NCBI GenBank assembly: GCA_036630325.1 | Contig: CP142737.1 | Coordinates: 372,001-436,000 of the forward strand | Length of the DNA stretch: 64,000 nt | Reading direction: 5' to 3' | Source of the DNA: Vairimorpha necatrix | Lineage: Eukaryota | Part shown: one piece after another, positions 58,995 through 64,000 of the stretch | Position numbering within the stretch: the first letter of the stretch is position 1 | Layout of the letters: every line of letters starts with the position of its first letter | The notes under the pieces: model-generated | What the model was told of the DNA's origin: nothing | The model's input: the letters and a program-made list of their open reading frames with translations, nothing else | Databases searched by the model: none | Translations under genes and position numbers: made by a program

Positions 58995-59694
58995 TTTGTT
59001 TTATCTGGTGATCTTTATACATCTCGCTTTCTAAAATATAGGACTAATGATAGATATAGAACACATATTTTATATTCTATAATATTTATAGTAGTGCAAA
59101 GAAAATAATATTCTTATGGACAAGTATGTTTCTGAGATGTAATTTATATGTAAAAAGATGATTTGTACAAACATATATTTATAATACTTGATTATAATAA
59201 GTGTTCAGATATTCTTTTTTGAGTTTAATTTTTAGAAAACTATTCGACCCTTAAGTTTGGGGGCCTGTAGTGCCCTTTCTCTTTTAATATATTACAATTG
59301 AATATACAGCAAGATACTATTTTCAGGTGCACTGGGCTTATGTGTTTATTGGTAGTTATAAAGTGCTTTTTAAATCGTCCTTCGAGAAATAATATTTTAG
59401 TTAAGACAGAGTCTTGTATCTCGACGTGATCTAGTTTAAGATCGACTTATCTTCCTTACACTGTTCAATATTTGTCTAATACAATTCTGTCTTGAATTTA
59501 TTCACATTTTATATGTCTTGATCTACAGTGAGTATTCATTTATGTGATTAAATTATTATATGTGTCGCTTTATTACTTGCCCCTAATCCAGTTTCTTTCA
59601 TGTGTTTACATTTTTTATTATCTTCTCTCTTTACATTATTACATATTTATTCCACATTCCTTTCTCATCTCTCTATATTTTTTTCTATCCCCAA

Positions 59695-60051
59695 ATGGCT
59701 AAGAAACAGAGGAATAAGAATATGATAGACAGACCACTGTCTTTCGCTGACAATGTCAATACAGTCTACGGTATCATCCAGAGCCCCCTCGGCCAGGGCC
59801 AGTTTGTCGCTGATTGTTCTGATTCTATCAAGCGTATAGCTAAAGTAAGAGGAAAGGACTACAAGCGTGTGTGGATTCAGCCTAATGATATTGTTTTATT
59901 AAGTTTAAGAGAAGGGAATAATGAGCGGGCTGATATAGAACTGAAGTATATGCAGAAGGAGATAAAGATATTAAAAGATAATGGGTATATAGAAGATAGT
60001 TTCACTAATACAGAAGGGGATAATATAAAGATAGATTTTGATAGAATATAA
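59695..60051 (+). CDS. eIF1A: Translation initiation factor eIF1A
   Basis: YG..QSPLGQG, C.D...RIAKVRGK..KRVWI..NDIVLLSLR..RADI.LKY; ccccaa before ATG. Confidence 0.95.
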   Translation: MAKKQRNKNMIDRPLSFADNVNTVYGIIQSPLGQGQFVADCSDSIKRIAKVRGKDYKRVWIQPNDIVLLSLREGNNERADIELKYMQKEIKILKDNGYIEDSFTNTEGDNIKIDFDRI

Positions 60052-60621
60052 ACCAAAATAAACTTCTTACACAAATTTAAAAACATGAAGTGAAGTGTGT
60101 CAACATTACGCGTGTCATTAAAGAAGTTCTTTATATTTCTACCCCCTTCTTTTTTTGCATATATTTGTTTTATCGTATTATGTTTAAATAAGTCTAGTGC
60201 CTTGATTTAACTATTTTAAGTGCGTATACTATAAGTCGATATCTTTTTATAAAACTCAGTTCCAAAATATCGTCAGAATCTTTTTCTGTGATTTTTTAAA
60301 TTTGGAATTTTTTGAAATTTTCTATTTGTAATTTATGCTAAAAATAAAATCTCAAAATATTTATAGAAATAAAATCTATCATATTTAATAAAATCTATTA
60401 CATGTTTTAAAAGTTATCATATTAAATTTTATAAAATTTATTACATTTATAGAAATTTATTACATTTTATAAAAAGTTATCATATCCCATTTTAAATATT
60501 TTTTTGCCAGTTTTCTACTATGAAATTTATCCCCCAGTGTAGCTTCAACTAGTAAATTTTATCTTGTTCATTTTCAAATACACTTGAATTAAGTTTTAAT
60601 AATTTGCCCCCTCATTTTTAT

Positions 60622-61776
60622 ATGTCCAAATATTATAAGCCTAAGAACACTAATATTGAGAGAATTGATCAACTCAATATTGTCAGTAAATATCTCACCA
60701 GTACATTCAGTAAATCTGAATCCACACACGATTTTATTCCTTCTTCTGATATAATCACTGTATTATTAAACCATGACAAGTTTATCATCCACTCAGACTT
60801 AGAATACATTATTAAAGATATTCCTCCACTTATTTACAATATCAGGGAGTATATTGACTCTCTCTACAAGTGTCTAGACCCCATCCCGCCTGGTTCTTAC
60901 ATTTCATTTATTTTCAATGGTGTCTTGGGTAGAACTGCCTTACTTGAGATTATTGACATGTTTCTTAAGGGCAAATGTAAAGGAATCTTGTGTCAGCCTT
61001 ATTCTCTAAGTCTGAGTATGGGACTTGGTATACAACATTGTATCTTTGTAGACGAGTATAATACACATTATAATGTGTATATAGTAGAAGATTATGTCTT
61101 ACATGACTGTTTTACAATAAAAAAGGATTATAATTTAAAAGATAATAATCAAAAAGATTATAATTTAAAAGATAATTTGGATAATAATAATAAAGATTAT
61201 TTACAAGTTAATAATAAAGACTTCTTAGTTAGTGTGTGTTTGAGTGATGATCAGGACTATGTAGAAGAATATCAGAAACTTAGAATGACAGAAGATATAG
61301 AATATTATGGTTGTAAGATCTGTGATTATAAAAGTAAAGAAATAAATAATATTTCTGAGCATATTAAGACTGTACATTTTATTAATAATGATAATAAAAT
61401 GGGGAAGCCTATATTTAATAAAGAAAGAAGTCAGATTAAAAATGATATTGTAAAGTATAAGAATAATCATAAAGATTTAATAAGTGAAATTATAAGTAGA
61501 ATAAGATTCCTTTATTTTAATCTTGATAGACTCAAGAGAATGAATCTTAGAGTCGTCTACACTGAGAATCTGAAGATTAATATTTCAGATCTCTGTGATC
61601 AGCTTAAATTTCTTTATAATAATGTCATACCAGTCCTGAGTGATGAGAGTTATGTTTATAAAGGCAGTGAACTGTTTAAATCTCTTGAGATTAGTAAAGA
61701 GTGCTGGATTAGTGACAAGGAATGGGAAGCGGGGAGATTGAGAGTATTAAAAGACAAGATATTATTTAATATATAA
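60622..61776 (+). CDS. Divergent nuclear actin-related protein, Arp8-like (INO80)
   Basis: C-terminus ECWISDKEWEAGRLRVLKDKILF resembles the Arp8 terminus; SLSMGLGIQHCIFVD resembles an actin-fold segment; internal C2H2 motif. Confidence 0.6.
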   Translation: MSKYYKPKNTNIERIDQLNIVSKYLTSTFSKSESTHDFIPSSDIITVLLNHDKFIIHSDLEYIIKDIPPLIYNIREYIDSLYKCLDPIPPGSYISFIFNGVLGRTALLEIIDMFLKGKCKGILCQPYSLSLSMGLGIQHCIFVDEYNTHYNVYIVEDYVLHDCFTIKKDYNLKDNNQKDYNLKDNLDNNNKDYLQVNNKDFLVSVCLSDDQDYVEEYQKLRMTEDIEYYGCKICDYKSKEINNISEHIKTVHFINNDNKMGKPIFNKERSQIKNDIVKYKNNHKDLISEIISRIRFLYFNLDRLKRMNLRVVYTENLKINISDLCDQLKFLYNNVIPVLSDESYVYKGSELFKSLEISKECWISDKEWEAGRLRVLKDKILFNI

Positions 61777-61875
61777 AAACAAAAATAAAATTAAAAGAAT
61801 TTATTAAAAATGTTATGATGTTATGTTACAAATGTGTCAAATATATTGTTTTAATATGTTTGACATGTGTATAAT

Positions 61876-61990
61876 TTTGATATATTTGACAGGGTTCCAT
61901 TTGGCGGGAGCACATTTTTGATATATTTGACAGGGTTATATTTACCAGGAGCACATTTTTGATATATTTGACAGGAGTACATTTGACATG
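61876..61990. repeat. Minisatellite, three ~41-bp units (core ttttgatatatttgacagg)
   Basis: Directly visible between two convergent genes. Confidence 0.8.
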
Positions 61991-62084
61991 TCATAATTAA
62001 TCAAGTTAAATTTTACAAAATAAAACACAATATATTTAATCAAGACAATTATAAAACAATATTTTTTAAATAAAACTAATAAGT

Positions 62085-63479
62085 TTATTTCTTACCTTTC
62101 TTGGTTTCAGTAGCTTTCTTCTCAATCTTCACTCCATACTTCTCTAATTCTTCATCACTACATAATGACGCTATACTTCCAATACAGACTATATTATTAC
62201 TATCTCTTAAAGCAAATCTACCTAGAGATGGGAACTCTGAGGCCATTTCCATGACACAAGGCTTTTGTGGTACTAAAACGACCATGGCATTATCTCCTTG
62301 TTCAATTCTCTCTGGGTTGTCTACTGGCGCAGTATCTTTTGGTGATTTCTTCTTTAAAATATGTTGTACTTTAACTGGTACATGCATTATTCCAAGATCT
62401 AAAGTGGGTGTGTAACCCGCTGCTAGGCCTTTCTTCTTGTCTACTACTACTATTTTAGCAATACACCCTCTAAAAAGTTGTACTGGTTTATTTTTAGCAT
62501 CAGAGATGACATTTCCTGGTTTGACTTGATTGAAGTCTCCTTTGGTGGCATTCTTGAATGCCACTCCACAATTCTCTCCACAATGAACTTTCTGCTTTGC
62601 TTCTCTGTGGATTTCAAGTGTCTTAATTTCTGTAGTCACGCCTGCTGGCTCAATTTGCACTTGCATGTTCGGGACTGCGAATCCTGTGTCTATACGACCA
62701 GTATAGACGAATCCTATACCAGAAATCTTATGTTTCTGAACTATAGGCATTCTTAAAGGTTTATCATTCATTCTTGGTGGTTCTTCTTGGAAATCAAGTG
62801 CACCTTCTAAAGTATTTACTACTGTCTTAGTTTTTGGACATGTCCATCCTTTAAACCATTCAAATCTTGGACTAGATTCTACTAAGTTTATATTACAGAA
62901 AGCAGATATTGGTAATATTATAGGATTCTTATCACTATGATATAATTTAGCAATTCTTAACATTTCATTTTTTATTTCTTGAAATCTTGTTTCTCTTCTT
63001 GATTCTTCTACTTCATCCATTTTATTAACACAGACTATTAATTTACTACATCCTAATACTGCTGATATTGTAATATGAGCTTTTAGGATACCAGTTTCCC
63101 CTACACAAGCTTCAAATCCTGTAGCAGGGACCATTACTACACCCACATCAGCTTGTGCTGCACCAGTGACCATATTCTTTATAAAATCTCTGTGTCCAGG
63201 ACAATCTAAAACATTTAGAGTAAATTTATTAGTAGGAATTTTAATTAAAGAAGTTTGAATAGTAATACCTCTCTCTTTTTCAGCAGCAGTAGTATCAGTA
63301 GCGTAAGCTAAGAAGAAAGAAGATTTATTATTATCAGAAGCTTCTTTCTTATATTTCTCAATGAGTCTTTTATCAATAGCTCCTAATTGATAAGCGAGTT
63401 GACCTACAGCAGTAGATTTTCCGGAATCTACGTGACCAATGAAGCAAACATTTAATTGTTTTTTATCTTGAGTCGACAT
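62085..63479 (-). CDS. TEF1: Translation elongation factor EF-1alpha
   Basis: GHVDSGKST, ERGITI, DCPGHRDFIKNMVTG, NKMD, PLRMP, LGRFALRD; cccccc before ATG. Confidence 0.98.
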   Translation of the reverse strand: MSTQDKKQLNVCFIGHVDSGKSTAVGQLAYQLGAIDKRLIEKYKKEASDNNKSSFFLAYATDTTAAEKERGITIQTSLIKIPTNKFTLNVLDCPGHRDFIKNMVTGAAQADVGVVMVPATGFEACVGETGILKAHITISAVLGCSKLIVCVNKMDEVEESRRETRFQEIKNEMLRIAKLYHSDKNPIILPISAFCNINLVESSPRFEWFKGWTCPKTKTVVNTLEGALDFQEEPPRMNDKPLRMPIVQKHKISGIGFVYTGRIDTGFAVPNMQVQIEPAGVTTEIKTLEIHREAKQKVHCGENCGVAFKNATKGDFNQVKPGNVISDAKNKPVQLFRGCIAKIVVVDKKKGLAAGYTPTLDLGIMHVPVKVQHILKKKSPKDTAPVDNPERIEQGDNAMVVLVPQKPCVMEMASEFPSLGRFALRDSNNIVCIGSIASLCSDEELEKYGVKIEKKATETKKGKK

Positions 63480-63691
63480 TTAGGGGGGTAAAAAAAAAGA
63501 TTCTTTTTATATAAAAAATTTTCAAGAAAAAAAAAAAAAGAAAACTAGATGTAATAAATTTGATAATAATATTATAATAATATTTATAATATTGTATTAG
63601 TAATATTGTATTAGTAATGTATAATACAGTATTATCAAATATTATCAAACTATGTTTTATCAAATATTATCAAACTATGTTTTATCAAATA

Positions 63692-64000
63692 TTATAATAA
63701 TACATTATTTTTATTATTATTATAGAAGATATTTTTTTTATTTATGATCTCTTGATATTTATTTCTCATCTCATTTACTACACTCCTCATATTATTATTA
63801 TAAATATACTGCTGTCTAACCATAACTCCATAACTTATTAAACTCCCTAAAGAACTCTTCCTTACTAAAAACATCAAGAAATTAATACTAAGACATATCA
63901 ACTCAGAAAACAAAGCCACTCTCCCTATCATGACATGTACTGTACTGAGAGACATACATAAGTCAAGAATAAACATATTCTCAAATACCTTCCTGTTACT
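63692..64000 (-). CDS. C-terminal part of a membrane protein, possibly TMEM33/Pom33-like; runs off window
   Basis: Frame open to the window edge; FSEL..INFLMFLVRKSSL..LISY..VRQQY..NNMRSVVNEMR resembles my recollection of the TMEM33 C-terminal region. Confidence 0.45.
   Translation of the reverse strand, partial: SNRKVFENMFILDLCMSLSTVHVMIGRVALFSELICLSINFLMFLVRKSSLGSLISYGVMVRQQYIYNNNMRSVVNEMRNKYQEIINKKNIFYNNNKNNVLL

Noticed and set aside
59602-59694. N-terminal extension of eIF1A
   Set aside because: Non-ATG start in AT-rich upstream DNA; the CCC-ATG context and homology begin at 59695.

Overview
AT-rich eukaryotic DNA, most likely from a repeat-rich microsporidian (Nosema/Vairimorpha-like). 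The host genes are intronless and divergent, and a CCC-like motif sits just 5' of most start codons. Well over half the window is nested transposon DNA: three Ty3/gypsy elements with ~110-125 bp LTRs, several solo LTRs, RLE-type LINEs, an intact Helitron with tandem derivatives, two hAT elements, five Merlin elements, three Ginger-like elements and a long-TIR MITE. Host genes: a SEL1/Hrd3-like gene, eIF1A, an Arp8-like gene, EF-1alpha, a hypothetical protein, a partial membrane protein and three dispersed paralogs of an unrecognised secreted family. Most striking observations: (1) a ~0.5 kb non-coding retroposon with a 16-bp TSD whose 5' end is exactly an HDV-like self-cleaving ribozyme fold (31791-31859, minus strand); (2) two diverged copies of a ~790 bp tRNA-headed, TSD-flanked SINE-like element with a long, apparently structured core; (3) LTRs that contain the start of the coding frame. 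All calls are by eye, with no database searches.
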